Positions 49,122-61,100 of a DNA stretch of 64,000 nt are shown here, one piece after another. The notes beneath the pieces are model-generated. The model was not told where the DNA came from. It saw only the letters and a program-made list of their open reading frames with translations, and ran no database searches. Source of the stretch: Podarcis gaigeae (taxonomy: Eukaryota); the NCBI GenBank assembly GCA_964106915.2, contig OZ066921.1; one strand, 5' to 3'. Position 1 is the first letter of the stretch, and the number at the start of each line of letters is the position of its first letter. Made by a program: the position numbers and the translations under genes.

Positions 49122-49486
49122 AAGGTAAAGGTAAAGGTACCCCTGCCCGTACGGGCCAGTCGTGACCAACTCTAGGGTTGCGCACTCATCTCGCTTAAGA
49201 GGCTGGGAGCCAGCGCTGTCCGAAGACACTTCCGGGTCACGTGGCCAGTGTGACAAAGCTGCTCTGGCGAGCCAGCACCAGCGCAGCGCACGGGAATGCC
49301 GTTTACCTTCCCGCTATAAAGTGGTACCTATCTACTTGCACTTTGACGTGCTTTCAAACTGCTAGGTGGGCAGGAGCTGGGACCGAACGACGGGAGCTCA
49401 CCCCGCCGCGGGGATTTGAACCGCCGCCCATACGATCGGCAAGTCCTAGGCTCTGTGGTTTTACCCACAGCGCCACCCGCGTCCCC
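49122..49486 (-). mobile_element. Sauria SINE, full length
   Basis: (AAAGGT)n on +, head ...CACAGCGCCACCCGCGTCCC; TSD TTTTCACAAGTAA (49109-49121, 49487-49499). Confidence 0.92.
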
Positions 49487-50431
49487 TTTTCACAAGTAAG
49501 GCCTATATATTTTTCATAAGTCCTATATTCCAGCAGTGAAATCATCTACCAAAAGAAAGGATCTTATTAAATTAGGCTTTTCTAAATGGGTTGCCAGAGA
49601 GGATCTTGAACATTCATCTGTCTGGAAGGACAATGGAGTGCACCTCCAGGGGTAAAGTCAAACTGCTGTTTTAGCAGCACTGAACTGACCTCCCCAGGGC
49701 TCAAGCCTGGGCAGTGGGTATGGAGTCCCAGGCTGCCCAGATGACAAACCCCTCTTCTTGGGCTCACTGATGTGGTCGAAACAAAAAAGAGCAATATGCT
49801 TGGCACCAGGTCGGATGCAGGAGTCACTGGAAGGAGGTGTACATAGTGCCATCCAACCATCTTAGGGACTCCACTCTGGATTTGTGTAGGGTTTACTCCT
49901 TAGCCTTTTCTTCTCCTGGAGATCTCTAGCAAGGCAGTGGAGGTTTAGGATCAGAGTATTCCTTCTCCTAGGTGGGCTCCCTTCCCAGGTTGACGAGCCC
50001 CATCTGTCCCTCACTTCCCTCTACAGCACAAACAAAAATTGCTTTCTTGACTGTTGGACCCACTCTTGGTCTTGTCCGCTCAATCTGCCAGAGCCTGTCT
50101 TTGCATGCAGGGAAAGTCTCTATCTCACCAAGGGTTAGAGACCATCAGTTTGCCCTCACCTAGACTATCGCATGCTAACAACTTCTAGGAACCACAGGTG
50201 AGCGCTGAGTGCAGACCAAAGGTGGATAACTACCAAAGAAAGAGCATGTGTCCCCCACCAAAAGTTATACTCCCCCTCCCCTAACACCCAAGGATTCAGT
50301 ATTGGTACAGATATTCAGCCCAACATTGCAGGGAGCTGATAGAGCCTCAAGAGTCACATATGCCTTTCACACTGCGACTCAGAGCTGGCCCAGCTATTAG
50401 GCAGGGCAAGACCACAGCTTCAGAAGGTAGA

Positions 50432-50459
50432 ACACACACACACACACACACACACACAC
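50432..50459. repeat. (AC)n microsatellite
   Basis: Read directly from the sequence. Confidence 0.95.
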
Positions 50460-52189
50460 TCCCGGTGACACCCCTGTAGGCACCCTGCCTGCCCTGCTGC
50501 CTCCACCAAGTTAACAGGCAAGATAAGTGTCCATTTTGGATGAGAACCTGCCCAGAATTGATGTGACCTTACCTCAAATTGGCACTGATAGCAACAGTGC
50601 TTCTCCACCAGTAACGGATGTGCTGTGGCGACGGAGTAGGCTGTGTTGGCAGTGGCAGGAGCAGGTAGATGGTGGTGGGAGCAGCAGCAGTAGCGGCAGG
50701 GCAGGACCGCACTTCCCATTTCGCCTCAAGCTAGTGTGAGCTGGGCATTCAAAAGTGTGCAATATTCCAGTATCAATGGTGGTACTGCATTTGAAGAGGA
50801 ACACATAGTTCCACGCTAGAGGACCTGCTTGCGTGCAGGTCCTAAGTTCAGCCTCCAGTATCGCTAGGTAAAGGAGTAACAGGTAATGGGGACAAACCTC
50901 TGGCGAGCCACTGACAGAGAAGATAGTACTGAACTAGCCAAGACCAGTCCTGCTCCAACTACACTGGATACCAATGAGTTTCTTGGCCCAATTCAAACTG
51001 CAGCTCAGAACCAAATGGTATGCCTCTCCCCACTCTATGTTTTTCATCTGAGGGTCTTCTCTGTGTGCTCCTCCAATGGAGAGGTTGAGGGTGGCGACAG
51101 AAACATGGGTCTTCTCAGTGGTGGCTCCCTGGTTGTGGAATGCTTTCTCCAGGGAGGCATTCCTGGTGCCATCTCTGTCTTTTGGCGCCAGGCAAATACA
51201 CTGTTATTCACCTAGGCCTTTGGAGTTTCTTTGCATATTTTTAGCAGGGTGGGGGCAAGCTGGATTTGCCCTTATATGCATGTTGTGAGTATTTTAGGAT
51301 ATTTTAATTCTTGTATCATATCCGTCTTTAGGCTTTGTAAGTTGCTTTGTGTTCCTTTTTGAAGAAAAGGTGACTATAATTAGTCTTACCTACCAGAAGC
51401 CTGCTTCATTTGTTCCCCATGAGGAAGGATCAGTTATTGGTTGAACCATGCAAACAGCCTACATAATAGTAACAGTCTGGAAGCAGTCTGTCTTCTCACC
51501 CACTCCCATCTGTGATTGTATGCAACATGTCATTTGGGGTTCTGCAGAGCAAAAATACCTTGATGATTATTATAGGTCACTGATGTCCTGCAATTCAGTT
51601 TTAGCTTCAAAGTGGCTGGGCTACTAATAACACATGCTAATCAATGGGTGATCAAAGCAGGGTATCCTGATGCACATTCCTGCTGTGTAGGAGAAGGCTG
51701 TGAAGTGACTTGTGAGGTGTGAGGCGAAGAAACCTGGAAAGGGAGCACTTTTGAATCTGGCCAGGAGATGCACCCTTAAGCTTTTATGGGGATAGTTGGC
51801 AGAAGGTGCAGGTGCACTGATCTGTGTGCTTGCTTCTGCGGTCTTACACTACTTGACTGAAGATGTATAATATGACAACACAGGTTTCTAGCATTCTTCC
51901 TCCAAAAGAATATAGATATTGTGAAAGCATGGAACTTCCTTCCAGTTAGGTGACGGAACACAGCAAGAGCATTTCCTTCACATTCACGAATGGCTGTGTG
52001 TAATGCCATCGTAAGAGCTTATAATTTTTTTATTTCTTTCTTTAACGAAGCAGTTTTCCAGAATTTGGTTGGTGCAACTAGGTGTAAATGATGAAACAAA
52101 CTATGATGTAAAACCTTAGACATTAAAATTTCTTATTGCTTCCCGTCCCTGACAATCACCATAACCAAAGTCTGGACACAAACTTGAAT

Positions 52190-55100
52190 TCTGGAGCAAA
52201 AGCGTATTTATTGCAGTTATTAGTGAAAGTTACACTTCAAACTGAAGCAAAGCAATGCTAAGTAATTGTTTTACTTAAAAAAAAACAACAACCCACAACA
52301 TAGAGTCCTTCCAGTATAGAGAAAGTGGACCAAAACAAAACATAAAAAGGAGTGGAATCTGTCACAGAAAAACAACTTTGGGGACAGATTTGGCTCAGGA
52401 GTTCCATGACTGAATTGTGTACTGTTACATACTTGTAAGCGACAGAACATTAGACAAGAACAGAAAAGTGTAACTTCAACTGACAGATATGACAATGTGT
52501 TTTGTAACACAATGGATTGACCCCAAAAGATATAACTAGCAACAAGTCTGGGAGAAAACAAAAACAAACCCTGCTTGTCCAGTCTTTATCTGTACCCTCA
52601 AAGTATTTTAAGGTGAATTCATAACCTAACTGGATATTCAAGACATGGTGACAGAATTTCAGAGGCACCACCATGATTTGATACAACATAACACATCAGG
52701 TTACGCTAGGAATCAGTGGTGTCCAACCTATTTGGCAAGTGTGCCGGAAATCAAAGTATGAGTACGTACGTGGAACCAACTTCCCCACTCCCTCTCCCTC
52801 TCCCACCCCCCCCTACAGTGCCTGGATGTTGTTTTGCCTCTAGACCAGTCTTCCACAATCTGGTATCCTCCAGCTATTCTGAACTATGACTCCTATCAGC
52901 CCCAGCCAGCACAGTGGGGATAGCTGGGGCTGATGGAAGTCGTATTCCAAAACATCTGCAAGGCACCAGGTTAGGGAAGGCTGAACAGAGGAGCACACAG
53001 CATCACAGTGCTGGCTAGAGAGGCAGCAAGGAGTGCAAGTCCAACTATCTCAGCCAACCTGGACTGCTGTCCACATGTGCCACAAACTCCCTCCTGCTTA
53101 TACCCTAAGTGGCATGCATGCCACTAACCATGTGCCAAGGCCATTTTATTTATGGCAAACATTGTTATTTCTATGCAAATGTCAGTCCAGGTTGTTGTTT
53201 TTTAAGTATAACATTCTCCTTTTTTCCTCTTCTCCCTTAGCTGGAAAAATTGTCAGAGAAAATTTAGAAAACACACACGCACACACAAAATCAAACTGAC
53301 AAAAAGTTTGGCAGACTAGGTTTGTGAAGTCCCTCAGAATATCTGCTTCTGTGGCATTACAAGATTGAGACCTATGAGAACGTAAGACCCCTGCTGGATC
53401 ACGCCCAAGGCCCATCTTGCCCAACATCTTACAGTGGTCAACCAGATACTTGTGGGAAGCCTGTATGAAGAAAGAGAGTGCAAGAGCACTCATGATTCAC
53501 AGCAGTGGGTATCCAGAGGCGTCCTGCCCCTGACAGTGGATACACTAACCTCCACCCTGGAAGTTAAGACAGTTGTGGGGTGGGAAGAAATTTATGCCAC
53601 TAAAAGCAACAAGGACTTGTGTGCCAATTCAAGAACGCTTGGTCCTTAAGTAGTTAAGATAGGCTTACAAGAGCCATCCTCTTCCAACGAAGTGTGTTAA
53701 GAGCCAGCCCAAGTCTCGCAAAGCTGATGGATATGAAACAAAGTTGAAAATTGTACATGACAGGTTGATATTTAACCAAACTGGAAGAAAATGCAAAGAT
53801 AGCTAAACTTTTGGCAAGGGCAGTAAACTTGGCGGGGGTGATGAGTGAAGGGAGCAGTGGACACGCTATTTCTGGGTTAAAGAGTTAAGTTTCTAAAAAC
53901 ATACTGAAATACAGATTTGTTATATATATATATATATGTATATATATATTTATCTATATTTTATATAAACCAACCCTCCCACCCTATCCCCAAATAGTTG
54001 CAGCTCACATTTGCAATACAAAGAGGCACACACGGTCAAGGTGGTTTAATAAGTAAAAATTGTGAAGGCTTTTACCAATGCACTTGCCATCCATCTGTCC
54101 ACCTGCAGGAAGGCTAACTACAATAGTTCAGGTGCAACAAACTTGCTTGACTTCAGCATACTTTTGTTAAGGGGGGGGAGAGAACCTACAAGAACACCCA
54201 GAGATTTCAAACTCATCCTGTGCTTCTCTCAGAAAGCAAAACGGCAGTGCCCTACAAAGCAAGAAGTCATCAGAAATTTACAACTGAGGGCCTTAAGCTG
54301 AAGTGCAGCACCAACAAGTTCCTAGGAGAATGTGAAACTATAGCTGGCCTACAGCTGGATTCTTAAGAAATGTGTCCCTGCAATGGCACACAGAATAGTG
54401 TTGACATCACCAACACAATGCCCCACACAAAGGCAAAAGGGTACCTCCAATCTGCCATGCTATGCATTTCTTATAGCGGACCAACTGCTCAGTGCTGCCC
54501 CAAGCACCTGATGGACCCACAGTGAACGGAATGTCTTGAGGATGGAGCTTACATTTGTCCCCCTAACTACACACACACACAATGTTAATACTATACTGTT
54601 ACACAGTTTAAAGTCTGCCTTATTAAGGAAACTGCTTGAAGGGTCATTTCTCTCATGGATATAGCTTCCATACAGGAATACCTTGCATATACCACCTGTC
54701 CCCTGTAACACGAGACCAACATGCATAGGTCCATGTGCAGATGCATGTGGAAAGGATGCAGTGATTGGCAACAGGTTCTCACTGTGTGTGGATGTGGCCA
54801 AATAGACACCCGTGTGCTTGTCACATGTAGCATACATACAATTCTCTTAGACAGAAGGTACCCATACACTTAGCAGTCATGCATCAAAGAGCCCTGTGAT
54901 CAACCTACATGTCACTGCAAGCTGCCTTCTTCCTGTCACAATGGACCATTTGTGCCAAGCATGCAGAACCGAAACCTCACCAACCCCTGTCCCTTAGTGT
55001 GGACAAACTGGAAGAGCAATCATCTAGGACAAGTCATTTTTTAACATGGTCTGCGGGGAAAACCTCAGAAAACTTGCCTGACCACATGACTGTGCAATAA

Positions 55101-58100
55101 AACATAATTTCAGAATCCATTTTAATTTTCAATGTGTATTGGGAATAATTGACTTGTGAGAATGGTTGCTAATGCATACCTTTCAGGTATGGTGAAATGG
55201 CAAAATGGCAGCTTGCTGTTTAAAACCCAACAGCCACTCCCCACAGGTAACTTAATGATTCCACATGTGCAAATAAATTCATACTCAAGCAAGCCATATC
55301 CAACCTGGAGTCCAAACTCCTAGATCACGTCAAAGCTGAGCTGAGAACAAAATACAGTCTCTAACAGAGCCAATAGTCAGAAAAATTGACCCTAAAGTCA
55401 AAGCTAGAAAAACATTTTACTAGAAATATTCTACTTTAGCATGTACTGAAATCCCTTAACAATGGTCTTTCATAAACTTTGATTCAAAACATTTTTGCAA
55501 TGTTTGTTTCAGTATCTGGCATGTGTACACAAAAGTATGCCACATTAATTTTATGTATTCTATAAACACATTTTCCCAATGTTCAAAAGTAGTAAAACTA
55601 AACAATTTTAATCAGGGGGGGGAAAAATCATTAACACAATTAATGTTCCTAGGGATAATCACCTGAAACAAAAACTTAATTACACTTTGAAACTAGCATT
55701 GTAATCATTCATTGTGTTGCTTATTTTATGAAACTGTATTTTGAGAAACAACATTCTCCAATACAGAGAACATTCCATGGAGAAATGTCCATGCTACATC
55801 AGAGTCCCTACTAATGAGACTTTTTTGCTACTTGAAAAATGAAAAATCTATCATATCACAGGCTTCAAGAATTTCCATCAAAAAACCTGGAGATTTGCTT
55901 CTCCTAAAATGAGATATTGAATAGGTTTGAACCCACCCACCCCTCAAACACACACTGCTGCTGGGAGGAGGAGGAGGAACTGTCAATAGTGCTCATGATT
56001 AAAAGTGGAATAGTCTTGCCTTCTGCTGCCTGCATTTCAGAGAGTACAGCCTGAAACTTTTCTGAACAAAAAGTTCATTCCTTAAATGTAGACAAACAGA
56101 TATGACTAGACACAGGCAATACAGTGAGTGAGTGAGTAAGTGAGTAAAATCTTTATGTTGCTCCTGCTCAAACCTGACATTCAGCAAGCCTCTTGGCCTC
56201 AGTGCTTAAGTCTGGAGGACCAGGATGTTGGAGATATAATAGAGGAAGGCTATATTCATGTCCTGCTTGTGAGTTTCCCTGGGGCATTTGCTGGAATAGA
56301 ATCTAAACTAAGTGGGCCTGAATCTGCTCCTGCCAAACAAGTTTTCTGTGCCTGAATTTTGCTGTACAATCCATCTGAACAATTCCACTAGTATGATCCA
56401 GTGTGCCCATGGAATATGCATGTATTCTTCTCAGCCCCTGCTCCTTTCCTGCAACCAAAGTTTTCTGACTCTACAATAGCTCTCCTTCATCACCCTGCTC
56501 CACTATACTCACCACATAACATTCTTACAATTCCTCATAATCCACCTCAAAAAAAGACTACCATCAAGCCGAGTGCACAGCAAGCACAAAGGGACCATAA
56601 ACAAAGGAATCAGTAAAAAGGAGCAACGTGAAAGAGAGACGGCAGATTAGATCAGTTCAGGTGACTACTATGACTAGATGAATTCTTAGGTAACGGACAG
56701 GAGTAACTTTAAAGTCACTTAAACAAATATCAAAAAAATTAATGGGCAGCTATTTTTAAAAGCAACATTGTGGACTGGGTATTGGTAAACTGAGATAAAT
56801 TACTTAACGCCTCACACCAAAGTCCAATGCCACTGAATTCTAAGCAGGAAAGCGGCTTGGGGATAATGCAGTTACAAAGGCACCAGTTTCTTGCTTGTCT
56901 GAAGTGCTTCCTAGTCTATGCTGTGGAGTGTAGGGAGGAAGGAAGCAAGAAACAGGTGCACTGTTCAAAGCACAGAATGGAAAGCAAGACAAGGATTTTG
57001 TCACCATAGGGAGGATTCTATGGTTTTTCTCCTGTCAACTTCCCAGTCTGAGACCAAGAGGGCTTTAAGCTTTTTCTTAAGAGCATCATCTGTTCCAAAT
57101 AAAGGATTGGCATAATGCTCTCCATTAGCTTTTGATTGGCTCTTTTGAGAAACAAATTGTGGACTGAGAACTAGTAAACTGGGAAAGTTATTTAATGTTT
57201 TGCAGCAAACTTTGAAAAGATTTAGTCCCCAAAACTATCTTGGGAAAGTAGGGTTCAGCTCCCAAAGAGCACCTCTGAGTCCAGCACACCTCTGGTAACA
57301 GAAGAAAAGATACCAGGTCAGGAGCCGAACCTTCCTGTCAGGCTTCAGTGCCAGCTCTGCAAAACTCTGCTGTATGGTTTCGGCAGCAGGTCACGTTCAA
57401 ATCTGCTGCATCTGACCAGTCCAGCTAGCCTGTGCCTCTCCTCTCAACATTGCACTTGCATTGCATCATCAATGCACATTGGAAAAGACACAGGATGTGT
57501 GTGCGCACACACATGGTAAGGCACCATGTTGGCAACCACTGGTTTATAGAGTGTACATCTATGTTTATATGTGTATATAATATAGACATAAACACATTTT
57601 TACAAAATAACCTATAAATGGGGTAGCCAACATGGTGCCCTCCAGATGTGCCCTCCCATCAATCTCAGCACGGCTACTGTCAGGGATGATGGATATTGCA
57701 CTTAAACACCCTGAGGGCATGATTATAGAAGCATCCCGCACTTGTCTGGAGAGCTCGGAGTGGGTAGGAAATGATGAGTGTTTTCCTCTCTCGAAGCTGC
57801 AAATAAATTTTTAAAAAAGAGAGAACAAGACATGCGACACCTAGTAAGGTCAGGCCTAGCAAATGGTCTCCACACAACTAATGGTACAACTACTACTGAA
57901 GTTAAGCAGGTGCGGACCTGATCAGTGCTCTAGATGGAGGATGAATGAGACCCCATCTTAAGAGTGAGGCACACATACGCTTCCCCGCTTCCCCACCCCC
58001 GCTAGACATGCATAATAAACCAAACACCAAGTAGATTTCACACTAAAGGAGAGCCTGCAAAATCAGATATAAGTCACCAGGAAGAAGCAACTCCTCTAAT

Positions 58101-61100
58101 TTAAAAAGTATAGGAAGCTATGTTGGTCCATCTAAAAAACAACAGCAACCCTCTGAAGTCCACAGTTCAAGAAAGGTATTAATTATTAATAATTAAGGTG
58201 TTAATTAATAATAAAATAAAAATGTGTCACTTTTTTTAGACTTTGGGGTCGGTCCCAACAAAAGTATTGCATTCAGAGGTTGCTCCATCCCCCCCCCCCC
58301 ATTCCCTAGTCGAAAGTGCATTAGGTTTTGAAATTATCTCTATGATTTAACATTAAAAATAATAAAAGTATTAGAAAAAGTTCTGGAAGTATCTGTAAAC
58401 AAATTCTGCCAGAGACCACTAGAAATGGGACAACATCTAGTCTGTTTTCATACATGGCAAAGTCAGAGGCACCTCTATGGTACTTTCACAGCACAGTCCA
58501 ATGCATGTCTACTGAGAAGTAAGCACCAAATAGTGCAATGGGGTTTACTCCCAGGTAAGCACATATAGGATTGCAGCCTGTGACAATTCACCTAATTTTT
58601 TCTCTTATGGAACATTCATAGTAGGGATGGAAAATGTTCCCGAGGACACTTGGGCAGAAGATACACCCACACACCCACACAAACACACACACGTATATAT
58701 ACATTAAAATTTTAATAAAAGTGCTTATAAAAATTGCAGAGGGTGAGCATAATCTGAAAAGAATCACTTTCCTTTTTCACACAGGAATAATGCATTTTAA
58801 GATTATGCATGTTATGATGTGTGTGCATCAACTAAAAAAATGCTTCTTCAGAAATATTGGTTTTACCCATATGCAAATTTAATTGATCAATTAATTGATT
58901 AATTGGCTGAAGTTGAACAATTAACAGATTAAATGTTGACTGGGTTGCAGTTAGAGAGTTTTGCCACTGGGGTAGCATCTGCACCTCTAGAAAGCTAGTA
59001 CAGTTAAAACCAATACTACCATATCTTTGGAGGCAGCCTATTCTAATAGCAAGTCATTCTTACAAAAAAAGGTGTGTACTTCAATATCCACCCTTAACTT
59101 TCCCACTGCTGTGTATTCAGTATTTTGCTCAACCCTTTTGGAATAACTAATAGTCAAGAACCCTTGTGCACATTTAAACTAGAACCATACCATATGTGCT
59201 ATTAAGCTCTCAGCTAGGATTGGCCACTGGGTCAAAAACAACAGAGCAATTGATTTCAGATTATATAATTCATTTTTTTTTTAAAAAAGTTAGTTAAATT
59301 ACTATTAGCACAGATGCCACAGTGCATACTGAACAATTTAATACACTGTCTTTGGATAAGGTTATTCAAGAAGGGAACTATATAAACTTATATGTGAAGA
59401 TTAACGGGCAATGCACGTGTGAATTAAGGCAGCCATCACTTGGAGTCACAAAAGCTTCCACACCTCTGGAGTGAGTGGTTGAGAAGGGATCATTCATCCT
59501 TAAGTATAGGCAGTCAGCATTCTGGCCATGTAACATGGAGAAGCATGGTGTGAACATCAGGCAGGCAGAATGTATGTGCAGGCCGCAACTCTTACTCTTT
59601 CCGATAGCCTGCATCATAACAAATTAAAATAGGCTGTTGCCTAATCCAAATAACATTTTTTTTTCTTTTTGTGCCAAAGCATTAGACTATTGTTCAAATG
59701 AACAACTAGCCTCCTCTACAATCCAGCATTGCACTGAGAGTTCCAGGATGCTGAAGACAGATATGAAAGTAGGTTTGGATGAGATTATCCTTTGCCCTCC
59801 CAGTTTCCCTGAAACCCTGGATTGCAAAATTATAGCAAGAACATTATTGTAAAGACAAAGCCTGATAAACTCTTCCATAAAAATGGCAGCCAACAGTCAG
59901 GAAGAGATGATGGCACATAAACTACAGAGGTGACCAATAATCTAACCACAAAGGGACACAAATTTTCCTTGAAAAATATTCTATTGGTACCATTAAGACC
60001 ATAACTGGATTTTTTTGCAGGTGTATGCAAGTAGTTTTACAGTGTAATCACTACAACTTTGTTATTATTACTTTTACAGCATTTTGCTGCTACAGAGGTG
60101 CAGTGTTTATTAGTTTTTTCCTGACCGATAAAAAGCTTAAAGACAAGACTGGCTGTACAGCACTTTTCTTTTTAAAAAGTTTTTTTATTATTATTTCGGG
60201 GCAGCAGACCTGCTCAGCACCAAAATGCCATGCTGCAAATTTTTGCCATCAACATTTGCCATTGCAACCATGAGGACTAGGGTCCTGCTTTTTACAAAAG
60301 GTCTACAGTTAAAGCTGGGATTTTCAGAATTTTAACAACTTTAAAGATACACATATAGCTTCAGGGGCACATGCTGCTTACCACAATTTCATAGTTTGTG
60401 GCCTCTGAATAAACAATTAGTGCTTACAAGTGTCTTGGGCTACTTGCCCTAAAAACCCTAAAGTATCTTAGATCCACACAGTGGATTTTAATCAAGTTAT
60501 CAGTACCATTATTTCCCCCCAATATAGTATGGTCCACTCTAATCTTGGTCCTGATTACTTTGGGGTGGGGTACTACATAGTACTCAACACTACAAGTGAT
60601 ATCATCAAGAACTTGGTGTGTTTTCACTAAATACTTCTATCCCCCCATCACGCAGCAATATACAACTTCAGAAAGAAATAAAAATCTACAGCACCATCTT
60701 CTAAAAAGGCACTTTGAGGACTGTCTTGCTTTGAATGAATAAAACCCTCCAAGTTTCAGATGGCAGAGCTACTTCATTTTTAAGTAGGTCTTTATAGTTA
60801 CATACCTGCCAGAGATAATTCAGACACAATTTTAATATGGAAATGGGACTGAAAGATGCTAGACATGATTCTCGTCTGTCAACATTTTACCTCCTGCAGA
60901 GTCAATCCTTCAGTTTATTTTTTCAAACTGTTCTCCAGTTCCCACTCCAGGGTTTTTGTTCCTCATTCCCCAGTGGTTACTTAGTCGTAACCTCTTTATC
61001 AGCAAAGTCAAGGTTACAGAGAATAAACTGGCAAGTCATAAAGGAGGGTCTGGCATCTAACAGCTTTGCCTCTCATCATAGTGAAATCCAAGCATTTGTA

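Noticed and set aside
49760-49785. CTGATGTGGTCGAAAC, a partial hammerhead-like string
   Set aside because: The conserved A of CUGANGA is missing and there is no room for stem II.
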